A program made the position numbers and the translations under genes. DNA of 64,000 nucleotides from an uncultured Clostridiaceae bacterium (GTDB lineage: Bacteria > Bacillota > Clostridia > TANB77 > CAG-465): positions 18,950-82,949 of the forward strand of contig CAYJMD010000001.1 of NCBI GenBank assembly GCA_964371585.1, written 5' to 3'. The notes under the pieces were generated by a model. The model ran no database searches and had not been told where the DNA came from. It saw nothing but the letters and a program-made list of their open reading frames with translations. Shown in pieces: positions 9,811 to 20,461 of the stretch (its first letter is position 1; each line of letters opens with the position of its first letter).

Positions 9811-10557
9811 ATGAAATATCTATTTGTAGATAGTAAAATAAGAGATGAAGAATTAGAATATTTTAAAGAGTTAAACTATACGATTATTCCTATCATTACT
9901 AATAGTAAAATATATAATGAGATATCTTCACATACAGATATACATATATGTAATTTAGGTAATGATTTAATTGTTAGTAAAGAAGTATATGAGTATTTAG
10001 ATGAAGAATATTTTAATAATAATAAGTATTTAGATTTAAAAGATAGATTAATATGTGGAAGTAATTATGTCAAAGATAAATATCCAAATGATATAAAATA
10101 TAATGTGTTTAAATTTAAAAATTTTGTATTTCATAATTTTAAATATACTGATGAAACACTACTAAAATATATAGATAAAAATAACTATATTAAGGTTAAT
10201 ATAAATCAAGGATATAGTAATTGTTCTAGTTTAAATATTGATGATAAAATAGTTATAACTTCAAATAAGGAAATATTTGAGTTTTTAAAAAGTAAAAATG
10301 AAATAGTACATTATGTTTCAAATGAAGATTCGGATATAAAATTATTAATTGATAAAAGTACATACTCTAATATGAAAGGGTTTATTGGAGGAGCTACTTC
10401 ATATATAAATAATACATTAATTATATTTGGAGATATATGTAATATAAGTGAATATGAAAAATTAAAAGATATATTAAATAGTAATGATATCAAGTATAAA
10501 TATTTTGAAAATCTAAGTATGATAGATTATGGTAAAGCCATAGAAATAAATACATAA
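9811..10557 (+). CDS. Hypothetical protein of 248 aa.
   Basis: Good RBS. No recognisable motifs. Not PcrB-like despite its position upstream of pcrA. Confidence 0.45.
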   Translation: MKYLFVDSKIRDEELEYFKELNYTIIPIITNSKIYNEISSHTDIHICNLGNDLIVSKEVYEYLDEEYFNNNKYLDLKDRLICGSNYVKDKYPNDIKYNVFKFKNFVFHNFKYTDETLLKYIDKNNYIKVNINQGYSNCSSLNIDDKIVITSNKEIFEFLKSKNEIVHYVSNEDSDIKLLIDKSTYSNMKGFIGGATSYINNTLIIFGDICNISEYEKLKDILNSNDIKYKYFENLSMIDYGKAIEINT

Positions 10558-10568
10558 AGGAGAAAACA

Positions 10569-12842
10569 ATGAGTAAATTTTTAGATGGTTTAAATGATAG
10601 ACAAAGAGAAGCAACAGCATATATAGAAGGACCTCTTCTTATACTGGCTGGAGCTGGTAGTGGTAAAACAAGAGTATTAACAAATAAAATAGGTTATTTA
10701 ATAGAAAAAGATGTAGTAAAACCTTGGGAAATTTTAGCTATTACTTTTACAAATAAAGCTGCTAAAGAGATGAAAGAAAGAGCACTCGCTTTAGATCCAA
10801 GAGTAAATGATGTTTGGCTTGGAACTTTTCATAGTATTTGTGTAAGAATTTTAAAAAGAGAAATTGAAATACTAGGATACACAAGAGAATTTAATATTTT
10901 TGATGAACAAGATAAAGAAAAATTAATTAAAGAAATATTGAAAAAATTAAATATGGATGAGAAGAAATTTTCACCTTCTTTCATTGGGAATCATATTTCA
11001 AATGCTAAAAATGATATGAAATGTGCTAAAGATTACGAAAAAGAATTTGCTAGTGATTACATTAGATCACAAGTTGCCACTGTATACACGATGTATGAAA
11101 AACAAATGAAAGAGTATAATGCTATAGATTTTGATGATATCATATTATTAACAGTTAAAATATTTTTAGAAAATAGTAACATACTATTTACATATCAAAA
11201 TAAATTTAAATATTTACTTGTTGACGAGTACCAAGATACCAATAAATTGCAATTTACTTTAATTAGCTTACTTGCTAGTCTTCATGGTAATATATGTGTT
11301 GTTGGTGATGAATCACAAAGTATTTATGGTTGGAGAGGTGCAGATATTTCAAATATATTAAATTTTGAAAAAGAATTTGCAGGAAGTAAAATAATTAAAT
11401 TAGAACAAAACTATAGAAGTACAAAAACTATACTTAATGCAGCAAATGCTGTAATTAAAAACAATTCATCTAAAATAGATAAAAATTTATGGACTGATAA
11501 TGCTGAAGGTAAACAAATAGTTTGCTATACTGCTGAAAATGAGTATGATGAAGTAGAGTTTATAATAGATAAAATAGATGATATATGCAAAAAAGAAGGT
11601 AGAAAATATTCTGATTTTGCTGTACTATATAGAACTAATGCACAATCTCGTGTTATTGAAGATGTATTTATGAAATCTGGTACACCATATAAATTAATAG
11701 GTGGACTTAAATTCTATGCTAGAAAAGAAATCAAAGATTTAACATCATATTTAAGATTTATACAAAATCCAAACGATGCTATTGCACTTAAAAGAATAAT
11801 TAATACTCCAAAAAGAGGAATAGGTGATACTGCAATTGCTTCTTTAGAAACACTTGCTTTAGATAATAATGTTTCATTATTTGAAGCTATAAAAAAAGAT
11901 TTACACTATACTCTTAGAAGTTCAGGTAATATTGAAGCTTTTAAAAATCTTGCTTTAGAATTAATCGAACTTAAAGATAAACTTAGTGTTTCAGAACTTA
12001 TAAAAGAAATTATTAAAAAATCTGGTTATGAAGCTATGCTAAACGAAGAAAAAACTAAAGAAGCTGAAAACAGATTTGAAAATTTGATGGAACTTGTTGG
12101 GGTTGCTACTGAATTTGAAAATGAAAATGCTGATAATAGTTTAGGTGATTTTTTAGAAAGTATAGCACTTGTAGCAGATGTTGATAAATTAGATGATGCA
12201 GCAGAAGCTGTTACTCTTATGACTCTTCATAGTAGTAAAGGTTTAGAATATAATGTAGTATTTTTAATTGGTATGGAAGAGGGATTATTTCCTTCTAAAA
12301 GATCAATGGAAGAAAATGAAGAAGTTGAAGAAGAAAGAAGACTTTGTTATGTTGGTATTACAAGAGCTAAGGAAACATTATATATTTCTAACGCTATAAA
12401 AAGAACAATGTATGGTAGTACAAATTATACTATACCTTCTAGATTTATTTCAGAGCTTCCAGAAGAGTTATGTGATAAGCAAGGTAAAGAAAAGAAAAAT
12501 ACATACTTAAACTCAGAATATGCAAGTGCTTCTAGAGTAAGTTCATATAGCTCTACCTCTACTTTAAAATCTGAAAGTAAATTCTTTACAGATACTAAAC
12601 CAAAATATGGTGTTAGTGTGGATAGTTTTCTTAAAAATGTTACAAAAAGCAATATAACTTCAGAGAAAAAAGATATATCTAAATATGAAGTTGGAGTTAA
12701 AGTTAAGCATAAAAAATTCGGTATCGGTATAATAGAAAAAATAGAACAAGAGGGTGATGATTTTAAGCTTGAAATTAACTTTGAAACTGCAGGTTTTAAA
12801 AGATTGATGGCAAACTTTACCCCACTTGATATAATAGGTTAA
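10569..12842 (+). CDS. pcrA: ATP-dependent DNA helicase PcrA/UvrD (SF1).
   Basis: 'AGAGSGKTRVLT' Walker A, 'VDEYQDTN', 'TLHSSKGLEYNVVFL'. Confidence 0.9.
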   Translation: MSKFLDGLNDRQREATAYIEGPLLILAGAGSGKTRVLTNKIGYLIEKDVVKPWEILAITFTNKAAKEMKERALALDPRVNDVWLGTFHSICVRILKREIEILGYTREFNIFDEQDKEKLIKEILKKLNMDEKKFSPSFIGNHISNAKNDMKCAKDYEKEFASDYIRSQVATVYTMYEKQMKEYNAIDFDDIILLTVKIFLENSNILFTYQNKFKYLLVDEYQDTNKLQFTLISLLASLHGNICVVGDESQSIYGWRGADISNILNFEKEFAGSKIIKLEQNYRSTKTILNAANAVIKNNSSKIDKNLWTDNAEGKQIVCYTAENEYDEVEFIIDKIDDICKKEGRKYSDFAVLYRTNAQSRVIEDVFMKSGTPYKLIGGLKFYARKEIKDLTSYLRFIQNPNDAIALKRIINTPKRGIGDTAIASLETLALDNNVSLFEAIKKDLHYTLRSSGNIEAFKNLALELIELKDKLSVSELIKEIIKKSGYEAMLNEEKTKEAENRFENLMELVGVATEFENENADNSLGDFLESIALVADVDKLDDAAEAVTLMTLHSSKGLEYNVVFLIGMEEGLFPSKRSMEENEEVEEERRLCYVGITRAKETLYISNAIKRTMYGSTNYTIPSRFISELPEELCDKQGKEKKNTYLNSEYASASRVSSYSSTSTLKSESKFFTDTKPKYGVSVDSFLKNVTKSNITSEKKDISKYEVGVKVKHKKFGIGIIEKIEQEGDDFKLEINFETAGFKRLMANFTPLDIIG

Positions 12843-12864
12843 TTAATTTAAAAGAGGTGTTGAT

Positions 12865-13272
12865 ATGAATAATAAAAGTGGTGTGTCCGTAATAATACTT
12901 ATACTTTCAGTAGTAGTACTTGCTATTTTAGTAACTGTAATTGTTAATGTAACAGTTAATAATGATATGATAAATCAAAGTTCTGAAGCTATATTTAAAA
13001 ATGATATGTATTTGTACAATGAAGTATTTGAAGTATATAAAAACAATAAAACTGTAGAACTGACTATACAAGGGTTAAGTGTTACAACTTTAAATTATGA
13101 TATTTGGGAATATGGTGATGTAACTGGAACGATAAAAGAAATTTTACCAGATATAAAAGATGAGCATGCACTATATTTAAAAGTTGTAGAAGGAGAGCTT
13201 ATATGGACTGGCGAGTCTACTGAAGCTGAAAAAGTTATTTTTGCAGATTTAGGTATAAAGTATAACAATTAG
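12865..13272 (+). CDS. Small membrane-anchored hypothetical protein.
   Basis: N-terminal hydrophobic helix 'VSVIILILSVVVLAILVTVIV'. Confidence 0.4.
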   Translation: MNNKSGVSVIILILSVVVLAILVTVIVNVTVNNDMINQSSEAIFKNDMYLYNEVFEVYKNNKTVELTIQGLSVTTLNYDIWEYGDVTGTIKEILPDIKDEHALYLKVVEGELIWTGESTEAEKVIFADLGIKYNN

Positions 13273-13373
13273 TATATTGATTAAATTAAATAAAATAAAA
13301 TAAAAGAATAAAAAAGATACAGTACTAAAATGGTTTCTAAGTGAATTTATATAATGTAATAGGTGGTGGTAAA

Positions 13374-14396
13374 ATGAAATTAAAAATTGTAGTTATATTT
13401 GGAGGTATGGCAAGTGAACATGAAGTATCTTGCAAATCTGCATATAATGTAATAAAAAATATTAATAAAGAAAAGTATGATGTGTCTTTAATTGGTATAA
13501 CAAAGCAAGGTATTTGGTATAGATACTTTGGTGATGTAGAAAGACTTAAAAATAATACTTGGACTAATGATTTTGATAATCTATTTGAAATGAGAGATTT
13601 ATTAAAAGAGTTAAATGTATTTGATGTAGCTCTTCCTATATTACACGGTAAATACGGTGAAGATGGTAAAATACAGGGGTTATTAGAGCTTGCTAAAATA
13701 AAGTATATAGGTTGTAGTGTAGAAGGATCTGCTATTGGATATAACAAGTTACTTTCTAAAACATTAGTTAAAAATATTGGAATTGATATAGTAAATTACA
13801 TGACTATATCAAGTGATGATGTTTTAACTGAAGATAGTTTATTAGAAAAAATGAAACTAAATAATCTTACATTTCCTGTATTTGTAAAACCTAATGCTGA
13901 AGGTTCTTCATATGGAGCAAAAAAAGCAAGTAATTTAAAAGAACTAATAGAAAGTATTATAGATGCTTTAACGTTTGATACAAAAGTTTTAGTAGAAACA
14001 TATGTAGGGAATAAAAAAGAAGTTGAATGTGCAGTTCTTGGTAATACAGATTTAATAATATCTGTGCCAGGAGAAATATGTTCAGCTACAGAAGTATATG
14101 ACTATGATAGTAAATATAATAATAATGAGTCATACACACAAATTCCAGCTAATATAACGAGTGATATTCAAGATAAAATTATGCAATATTCAAAATTAAT
14201 ATTTAGAAAGCTTGAGTTATCGGGACTTTCTAGAATAGATTTTTTTGTCACTGCAAATAATGAAATATATTTTAATGAAGTAAATACTATGCCAGGTTTC
14301 ACAGATATTAGTATGTATCCTAAGATGATGGAGAATATGGGTATTAGTTACACACAGCTTATAGATAGATTAATTGAATGTGCAATTAATAGATAA
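13374..14396 (+). CDS. ddl: D-alanine--D-alanine ligase.
   Basis: 'KIVVIFGGMASEHEVSCKSA', ATP-grasp motifs, 'NEVNTMPGFT'. Confidence 0.9.
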   Translation: MKLKIVVIFGGMASEHEVSCKSAYNVIKNINKEKYDVSLIGITKQGIWYRYFGDVERLKNNTWTNDFDNLFEMRDLLKELNVFDVALPILHGKYGEDGKIQGLLELAKIKYIGCSVEGSAIGYNKLLSKTLVKNIGIDIVNYMTISSDDVLTEDSLLEKMKLNNLTFPVFVKPNAEGSSYGAKKASNLKELIESIIDALTFDTKVLVETYVGNKKEVECAVLGNTDLIISVPGEICSATEVYDYDSKYNNNESYTQIPANITSDIQDKIMQYSKLIFRKLELSGLSRIDFFVTANNEIYFNEVNTMPGFTDISMYPKMMENMGISYTQLIDRLIECAINR

Positions 14397-14410
14397 AAAT
14401 GATTAATATG

Positions 14411-14460
14411 ACATATATAGTATATAAGATGATATTTGTATACTATATATGTTGTTTTTA
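14411..14460 (+). terminator. Rho-independent terminator after ddl.
   Basis: 14-bp perfect inverted repeat ACATATATAGTATA...TATACTATATATGT followed by TGTTTTT. Confidence 0.65.
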
Positions 14461-14570
14461 TCCATAAATTGCTATTAAATGCGGTATAATTTATATATAA
14501 GTATTGAAAAAAAATATAAATATGATAAAATTAAAGTAATGTAAAATTATAAATATATAAGGTGGTTAAG

Positions 14571-16037
14571 ATGAAAATAGATTTTTTAATTCAAAATGGT
14601 GAAGTTAGTTTAGAAAAAGTGATAAAAAGTGAAATTGAGCATGGAGCAAAAAAAATGTATATATTTGCTACAGATTTAAAAGAGTCAGGATTTAAAATAA
14701 TAGAAGAACATGTAATAGATACAAAAGTTAATTTGATATTAACTATTGGTGTTGATAAGAAAAATACAACAAAAGGACTTCTTGAAAATTTACTTGAATA
14801 TACAAAAGATATTTATGTATATGATAATAATAAAGATATAGAATTAAAAACAAATATAATTATATTTGAACATGCTAAAAGTTCTAATTTCTATTGTCTA
14901 TCAGGTGCTACTTCTGAGACTGCTCTTACTTTAGATTTAGTAACAGTAGTAAAAGTATCATATGATTTAACAAATAATGATGATAAAAAAGAGTATAAAG
15001 AAAAATTAAAAACTTTATTATCTATAAGAGATGTTAACTTTGAGAAATTAGATAAGAAACTTATCACTAAATTAATAGATGAAAAAGTTATTTTTTCAAC
15101 AAAGCAATATGAACATAAAGTTAAAAGTATTTCTGAATTTTTAGGTAAAAGTAAAACTGATATTAAGACTTCTGAAAAAGAGCAAGTTAAACCTACATCT
15201 TCATTAGAAGATGTAATAGTAGAATTACCTAAAATTGAACTTAATAGTTTTGATTTTGATATCGATATAACAGATGCTGTGATAGAGGAAGAAAAAGAAT
15301 TACATATTATGAATGAGGTAAATAGTAAAGCTAAAGAGATAGCTACTATTAAATTAAAAGAAGAGTATATTGCTTCAAAAGAGGATAAAGAAGAATTAAA
15401 AGAAATAGAAGAAGATGTAGAAGATTCAACATTTGATAGTAAAGAAGCACTAGATTTAGATTCATTACTTTTTGTAAAATCAAATATAGAATTAAAGCAA
15501 ACTAAAAAAACTAAAAAAGAAGATACTCTAAAAAAAGATGTTGAAGATGTTATAACTGAAGATCAAGTGTTAAAAAATAAAAAAATAGATTTAAATTCGG
15601 TTACTAATTATATATTTGAACTTCCAGCTAAACAAGTAAATGAAAAAGATTTAGATTTAATAAAAGTACCAAACTATATTAAAGATTTAATACCTAACTT
15701 TTTTGGTTTTGACAAAGCTAGAGCTGCTAAAATTAATGATGTAGAATATAAAGTTAGAAAAGTTAAACTAGAAATAGTAGATGTTAAAAATGATAATACA
15801 TTTACAACAGATACATCAAAATTGTTACAAAAAAAGGGGCAAACATTTATTGCATATCAATCTGAATATTTTGAAAAAGTTAGATTTGAAGAAAATGATA
15901 TTGCAAGAATTAATAAAATTTCTGAGAACGAATATAGAATAGAAATAATTTCTAAAGATTTACAAGAATATAAAATTTGGTCTAAAATGATTAATATGAA
16001 ATTCAAAAGTGTAACTAGAAAATATGGATTAATGTAA
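14571..16037 (+). CDS. Acidic, K/E-rich hypothetical protein of about 489 aa.
   Basis: RBS AAGGTGG. Long open frame with highly charged low-complexity segments. No catalytic motifs. Confidence 0.45.
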   Translation: MKIDFLIQNGEVSLEKVIKSEIEHGAKKMYIFATDLKESGFKIIEEHVIDTKVNLILTIGVDKKNTTKGLLENLLEYTKDIYVYDNNKDIELKTNIIIFEHAKSSNFYCLSGATSETALTLDLVTVVKVSYDLTNNDDKKEYKEKLKTLLSIRDVNFEKLDKKLITKLIDEKVIFSTKQYEHKVKSISEFLGKSKTDIKTSEKEQVKPTSSLEDVIVELPKIELNSFDFDIDITDAVIEEEKELHIMNEVNSKAKEIATIKLKEEYIASKEDKEELKEIEEDVEDSTFDSKEALDLDSLLFVKSNIELKQTKKTKKEDTLKKDVEDVITEDQVLKNKKIDLNSVTNYIFELPAKQVNEKDLDLIKVPNYIKDLIPNFFGFDKARAAKINDVEYKVRKVKLEIVDVKNDNTFTTDTSKLLQKKGQTFIAYQSEYFEKVRFEENDIARINKISENEYRIEIISKDLQEYKIWSKMINMKFKSVTRKYGLM

Positions 16038-16166
16038 ATAGTGACAAATAATTATATTAATTTATGAAAGTATAGTGAAATATGTGACTTTTAAAATAAA
16101 GTATGATATAATAGCAGTATATAATAATACTGCATAATTAGTATTATATTTAAGGAGGAATTTAAT

Positions 16167-16583
16167 ATGTCAAATGAAAAAACAAAAGTAGAAGAAGAAA
16201 TCGCAGAAGAAGCTAATATTGAAATAGCTACTAACTTAAACATTTCAGAAGATGTTATAGGTATTATAGCTGGACTTGCTGCTTCTGAAGTAGAAGGTAT
16301 TGCCGGAATGACTTTAGGGTTTGTTGATGGTATTAACCAAATCTTAGGTACAAGTAAAAAATATGCAAAAGGTGTTAAAATAGAACTAGAAGGTAAAAAA
16401 GTTATAGTTGATCTATTTGTAAATGTTAAATATGGAGTAAGAATTCCAGATGTAGCATGGTCAGCACAAAATGCTGTTAAAAAATCTGTTGAAAACATGA
16501 CAGGACTTGAAGTTGCAAATGTTAATGTAAACGTACAAGGAATTATATTTGAAAAGAAAGAACAAGGTTCAACTGAAGAATAA
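16167..16583 (+). CDS. Asp23/Gls24-family (alkaline shock / envelope stress) protein.
   Basis: 'ISEDVIGIIAGLAASEVEGIAGM' and a 'VNVNVQGI' C-terminal region typical of Asp23. Confidence 0.8.
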   Translation: MSNEKTKVEEEIAEEANIEIATNLNISEDVIGIIAGLAASEVEGIAGMTLGFVDGINQILGTSKKYAKGVKIELEGKKVIVDLFVNVKYGVRIPDVAWSAQNAVKKSVENMTGLEVANVNVNVQGIIFEKKEQGSTEE

Positions 16584-16597
16584 TTGGAGGAATAAGT

Positions 16598-17137
16598 ATG
16601 AAAACTTTTAGAGACATAATTTTAAGCTTATTTGCTATAGTAGTTTTTGCTTTAGCATTATGCATGATATTAATTTCAGCAGGTGTACTAGATTTTAATA
16701 TGATATCAAATACTATACAGGATTTATTTTTAAACCAAAAAGTTATAATGAATGTGCTTGCAGCTAGTGTAATGGTAATTATTGCTGTTGCAATATGTAT
16801 AAAACCAGAAGCAACTGAAGAAATGAAATCAGGAATCGCACTTCAACTTGATACAGGAACTGTATATATGTCAAGAGAAACTTTTGAAAGTTTAATACTT
16901 AGTATAGCTAAAACATATAATTCATTAAGAAATGTTAAAGTTTCTGTAACTATATCACAAGAAGGTGTTGTAGCAAATCTTTATTCATACATACTTCCAG
17001 ATACAGTAGTACAAACATTAACTGATAAGCTTCAAAAAAATATAAAAGAAAGTATTTTAAAACAAACAACAGTTGATATAAAAGAGGTTAATGTGAAAAT
17101 TAAAGGAGTATATAGTCAAGTTGACAAGAAAGTGTAA
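16598..17137 (+). CDS. Asp23-associated membrane anchor, AmaP-like.
   Basis: Single N-terminal TM followed by a soluble domain. Immediately downstream of the Asp23 gene. Confidence 0.45.
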   Translation: MKTFRDIILSLFAIVVFALALCMILISAGVLDFNMISNTIQDLFLNQKVIMNVLAASVMVIIAVAICIKPEATEEMKSGIALQLDTGTVYMSRETFESLILSIAKTYNSLRNVKVSVTISQEGVVANLYSYILPDTVVQTLTDKLQKNIKESILKQTTVDIKEVNVKIKGVYSQVDKKV

Positions 17138-17148
17138 GGTGACTATAA

Positions 17149-17415
17149 ATGAAAGAATTATTAGAATACATAGTAAAAAATAAATATATTATAATCTGTG
17201 TAGCAATTGTTATTGTACTTTATTCTTTAAATGTACTTACGATGATACTTGAATTTGTTATTTTCTTAGGCCTTATAGTTGCAGCAATGTACACAGGTAA
17301 AAAACTTCAAGAAAATGAAGGGAAAATAAATAAAGTATTCAAAAGTATATTTAAATATTCAGACAAAGAAAAAGATAGCACAGTATATTATTACCAAGAT
17401 AAAGATAAAAAATAG
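17149..17415 (+). CDS. Small two-TM membrane protein, DUF2273-like.
   Basis: 88 aa with two hydrophobic helices. Third member of the Asp23 operon arrangement. Confidence 0.4.
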   Translation: MKELLEYIVKNKYIIICVAIVIVLYSLNVLTMILEFVIFLGLIVAAMYTGKKLQENEGKINKVFKSIFKYSDKEKDSTVYYYQDKDKK

Positions 17416-17425
17416 GAGAAAAATC

Positions 17426-17827
17426 ATGAGTAGAAAAAAAGCAAGAGATACAGCATTTAAATGTATTTATCAAATGGAATTTAGTAAAGAGGTTAATATA
17501 GACGAAATATTACAAAACAATTTTTTAGAACATAATAATGATGAAGATGAAAAAGAATATATTTCTTTAGTTGTTTTAGGAGTAAAAGAACACTTAAAAG
17601 AAATAGATGAAAATATATTATCAAAACTGAAAGATTGGACAATAGAAAGAATTACAAAAATAGATTTAGCTATATTAAGACTAGCTATATATGAAATACT
17701 ATATATAGAAGATTTATCAAATAAGATAAGTGCTAATGAAGCAGTAGAGCTTGCTAAAACTTATGGTAGTGATAATTCTAGCAATTTTGTAAATGGAATT
17801 ATAGCAAAGGTAATAGAAAACGTTTAG
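17426..17827 (+). CDS. nusB: Transcription antitermination factor NusB.
   Basis: 'SRKKARDTAFKCIYQMEF', 'WTIERITKIDLAILRLAIYE'. Confidence 0.85.
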   Translation: MSRKKARDTAFKCIYQMEFSKEVNIDEILQNNFLEHNNDEDEKEYISLVVLGVKEHLKEIDENILSKLKDWTIERITKIDLAILRLAIYEILYIEDLSNKISANEAVELAKTYGSDNSSNFVNGIIAKVIENV

Positions 17828-17844
17828 CTAAAAAGGAGCAGTAT

Positions 17845-19032
17845 ATGGAGAAAATATATAGTGTAACGGAGCTAAATAAATACATTAAAAAGGTACTTGA
17901 TCAAAGTACCTTTTTGCGTGATATTTATATAACTGGAGAAGTTACAAATTTTAAAGCACATTACACTGGTCATCTGTATTTTACACTAAAAGATGAAAAT
18001 AGTGTAATAAAATGTATAATGTTTAAAGGGAATGCACAGTATGTTAACTTTAAATTAGAAGATGGAATGAAAGTAAATATAAGTGGTCAAGTTTCAGTAT
18101 ATGAAGCTGGTGGGACATATCAAATATATGTTAAGCAGATTGCTAAAGAAGGATTAGGCGAACTGTACCAAAAATATGAACAGTTAAAAGAAAAATTAAA
18201 AGTAGAAGGATTATTTGATGATTCTAAAAAGAAAGAATTACCTTATCTTCCAAAAAGAGTAGGTGTAATAACTTCAAAAACTGGAGCAGTTGTTAAAGAC
18301 ATAATAAATGTAACTACAAGAAGGTTTGAAAAATGTGATCTTCTAATATATCCAGCTCAAGTTCAAGGAGCTTTAGTATCAAAAACAGTATGTGAAGGTC
18401 TTGAATATTTTAATAATGTAAATAATGTAGATGTTATTATAATAGCAAGAGGTGGTGGCTCATTTGAAGATTTATTTGGGTTTAATGATGAAGCTCTTGC
18501 AAGAAAAATATTTGAGTCTAAAATACCTGTAATATCCGCTGTTGGTCATGAAACTGACTATACAATTTGTGATTTTGTATCAGATTTAAGAGCTCCAACT
18601 CCTTCTGCAGCAGCAGAACTCGTTTATCCAGAATTAATTAGTTTAAAAAATAGGATATTAAACGAAAGAAATAAAAGTAGAGTTGCAATCTATAATTATT
18701 TATTAAGAAGAAAAGAGTATATTAAAAGAATTAAAGCTTCAAGACTTGAAAAGATTCCTCTTGATATGATAAATAATTATAGATATAGTATATTAAATGA
18801 ACTGAAAAAATCTGAAAATATTGTGAAGCAAAAATTACTAAAGGCGAGATTTAATTACACTGAGCAAGTAACAAAGCTTGATGCACTAAGTCCACTTAAA
18901 ACTCTTTCTAGAGGTTATAGTGTTTGTAAAAATGAATCAGGAAAAGTAATTACTAAAGTAAATGATGTTTGTAAAGATGAAAAGTTAGAACTAACATTAA
19001 CTGATGGTAAAATTCAGGTAAAAGTTAAATAA
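17845..19032 (+). CDS. xseA: Exodeoxyribonuclease VII large subunit.
   Basis: OB-fold N-terminus, 'IIARGGGSFEDLFGFNDE', 'SAVGHETDYT'. Confidence 0.9.
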   Translation: MEKIYSVTELNKYIKKVLDQSTFLRDIYITGEVTNFKAHYTGHLYFTLKDENSVIKCIMFKGNAQYVNFKLEDGMKVNISGQVSVYEAGGTYQIYVKQIAKEGLGELYQKYEQLKEKLKVEGLFDDSKKKELPYLPKRVGVITSKTGAVVKDIINVTTRRFEKCDLLIYPAQVQGALVSKTVCEGLEYFNNVNNVDVIIIARGGGSFEDLFGFNDEALARKIFESKIPVISAVGHETDYTICDFVSDLRAPTPSAAAELVYPELISLKNRILNERNKSRVAIYNYLLRRKEYIKRIKASRLEKIPLDMINNYRYSILNELKKSENIVKQKLLKARFNYTEQVTKLDALSPLKTLSRGYSVCKNESGKVITKVNDVCKDEKLELTLTDGKIQVKVK

Positions 19033-19048
19033 TTAAGGAGGCATACAA

Positions 19049-19285
19049 ATGGCTACAAAAAAAGAAAAACAAGAAAATTTTGAAGATGAATTAAAAAAAT
19101 TAGAAGAAATATCTACGAAGTTAGAAAGAGGTAATATTTCTTTAGAAGAGGCTATAACTGACTTTGAAGAAGGTATTAAGCTTGCTAAAAATTGTAATTT
19201 AAAGTTAGAAGAAGCAGAGCAAAGAATCAATATATTAATTCAAGACGAGAATGGGAAGATGAAAGAAGAAAAATTTGAAGAATAG
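19049..19285 (+). CDS. xseB: Exodeoxyribonuclease VII small subunit.
   Basis: 78 aa. 'FEDELKKLEEISTKLERGNISLEEAI..FEEGIKL'. Confidence 0.8.
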   Translation: MATKKEKQENFEDELKKLEEISTKLERGNISLEEAITDFEEGIKLAKNCNLKLEEAEQRINILIQDENGKMKEEKFEE

Positions 19286-19375
19286 TCTTTAAATAAAATA
19301 AAATTTATATATTTTAGTATTTAAAATGTATAATAAATTATTAAAAATAGCTAATACTATTTTTAGGTGATTATA

Positions 19376-19564
19376 ATGAAAAACAGGAAAAATACTAGTA
19401 AAAAAAGTAATAAAGTAAATATTTCAGAAGATGTAATGCTTGCAGAAAATTTGTCAGAAAAAATAAATAACGATGAGTATAATTATGTAGAAAATTTAAA
19501 TAATTGGACTACTAAAGAAGAGCAAACAATGAAAACTAAAGAAATAGAGAGAATAACAGAGTAA
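19376..19564 (+). CDS. Small hypothetical protein.
   Basis: ORF with RBS AGGTGA. No similarity recognised. Confidence 0.25.
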   Translation: MKNRKNTSKKSNKVNISEDVMLAENLSEKINNDEYNYVENLNNWTTKEEQTMKTKEIERITE

Positions 19565-19657
19565 AATGGTATATTAGGAATATATTTAGTATACAAAACT
19601 TGCATTAAAAATGTCTTTATGCTATAATACTAGTACAATATAATTGGAGGTATTTAA

Positions 19658-20395
19658 ATGAAATGTATTTTATTGTGCGCAGGGTACGCTACTAGATTAT
19701 TCCCACTTACAGAAAATTTTCCAAAAGCTTTATTAGAAGTAGGAAAAAGACCATTACTTGACTATATACTAGATGAAGTAAATACTATAGAAGAAGTTGA
19801 TTCTATATACTTAGTAACAAATAATAAATATGCTGGCCATTTTCAAAATTGGGCAGATTCAAAAAACAATATTAAACCAATAACAGTTATAAACGATGGT
19901 ACTTTAACTAATGATGATAGATTAGGTGCAATCGGAGATATTCAATTTACAATTGAAAAAGCAAATATAAATGATGATTTATTAATAATAGCAGGAGATA
20001 ATTTATTTACTTTTAAATTACAAGATTTTGTTAATAAATTTAAAGAAAAAAGTGCTCCTTGCATATGTGTAAGAGAAGAGCAAGATATAAACTTACTTAA
20101 AAGAGTTGGTGTATGTGAAATAGATTCAGATTCAAAAATATTTGGATTTGAAGAAAAACCAGCTGAACCAAAAAGTAAATTTGCAGCTTACGCTGAATAT
20201 TTATATCCAGCATCAGTTATACCAATGTTTAAAGAATACTTAAACGAAGGTTTTTCAAATGATGCTCCAGGGAATTTTGTTAACTATGTATACAAAAAAA
20301 CTCCTACATATGCATACACTTTTACAGGTGAATGTTATGATGTTGGAACACATGATGCTTTAGCTCAAGTTAACGAAATATATAACAACAAGTAA
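19658..20395 (+). CDS. Sugar-phosphate nucleotidyltransferase (LicC/GlmU-N-like fold).
   Basis: 'ILLCAGYATRLFPLTENFPKALLEV' G-x-G-t-R-l signature. Confidence 0.7.
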   Translation: MKCILLCAGYATRLFPLTENFPKALLEVGKRPLLDYILDEVNTIEEVDSIYLVTNNKYAGHFQNWADSKNNIKPITVINDGTLTNDDRLGAIGDIQFTIEKANINDDLLIIAGDNLFTFKLQDFVNKFKEKSAPCICVREEQDINLLKRVGVCEIDSDSKIFGFEEKPAEPKSKFAAYAEYLYPASVIPMFKEYLNEGFSNDAPGNFVNYVYKKTPTYAYTFTGECYDVGTHDALAQVNEIYNNK

Positions 20396-20461
20396 CTTTT
20401 AGTTGCTAAATACAAAAGATAATCTTATAAATTAAATAAATTTAGATTGAGTGGTAAAAAA

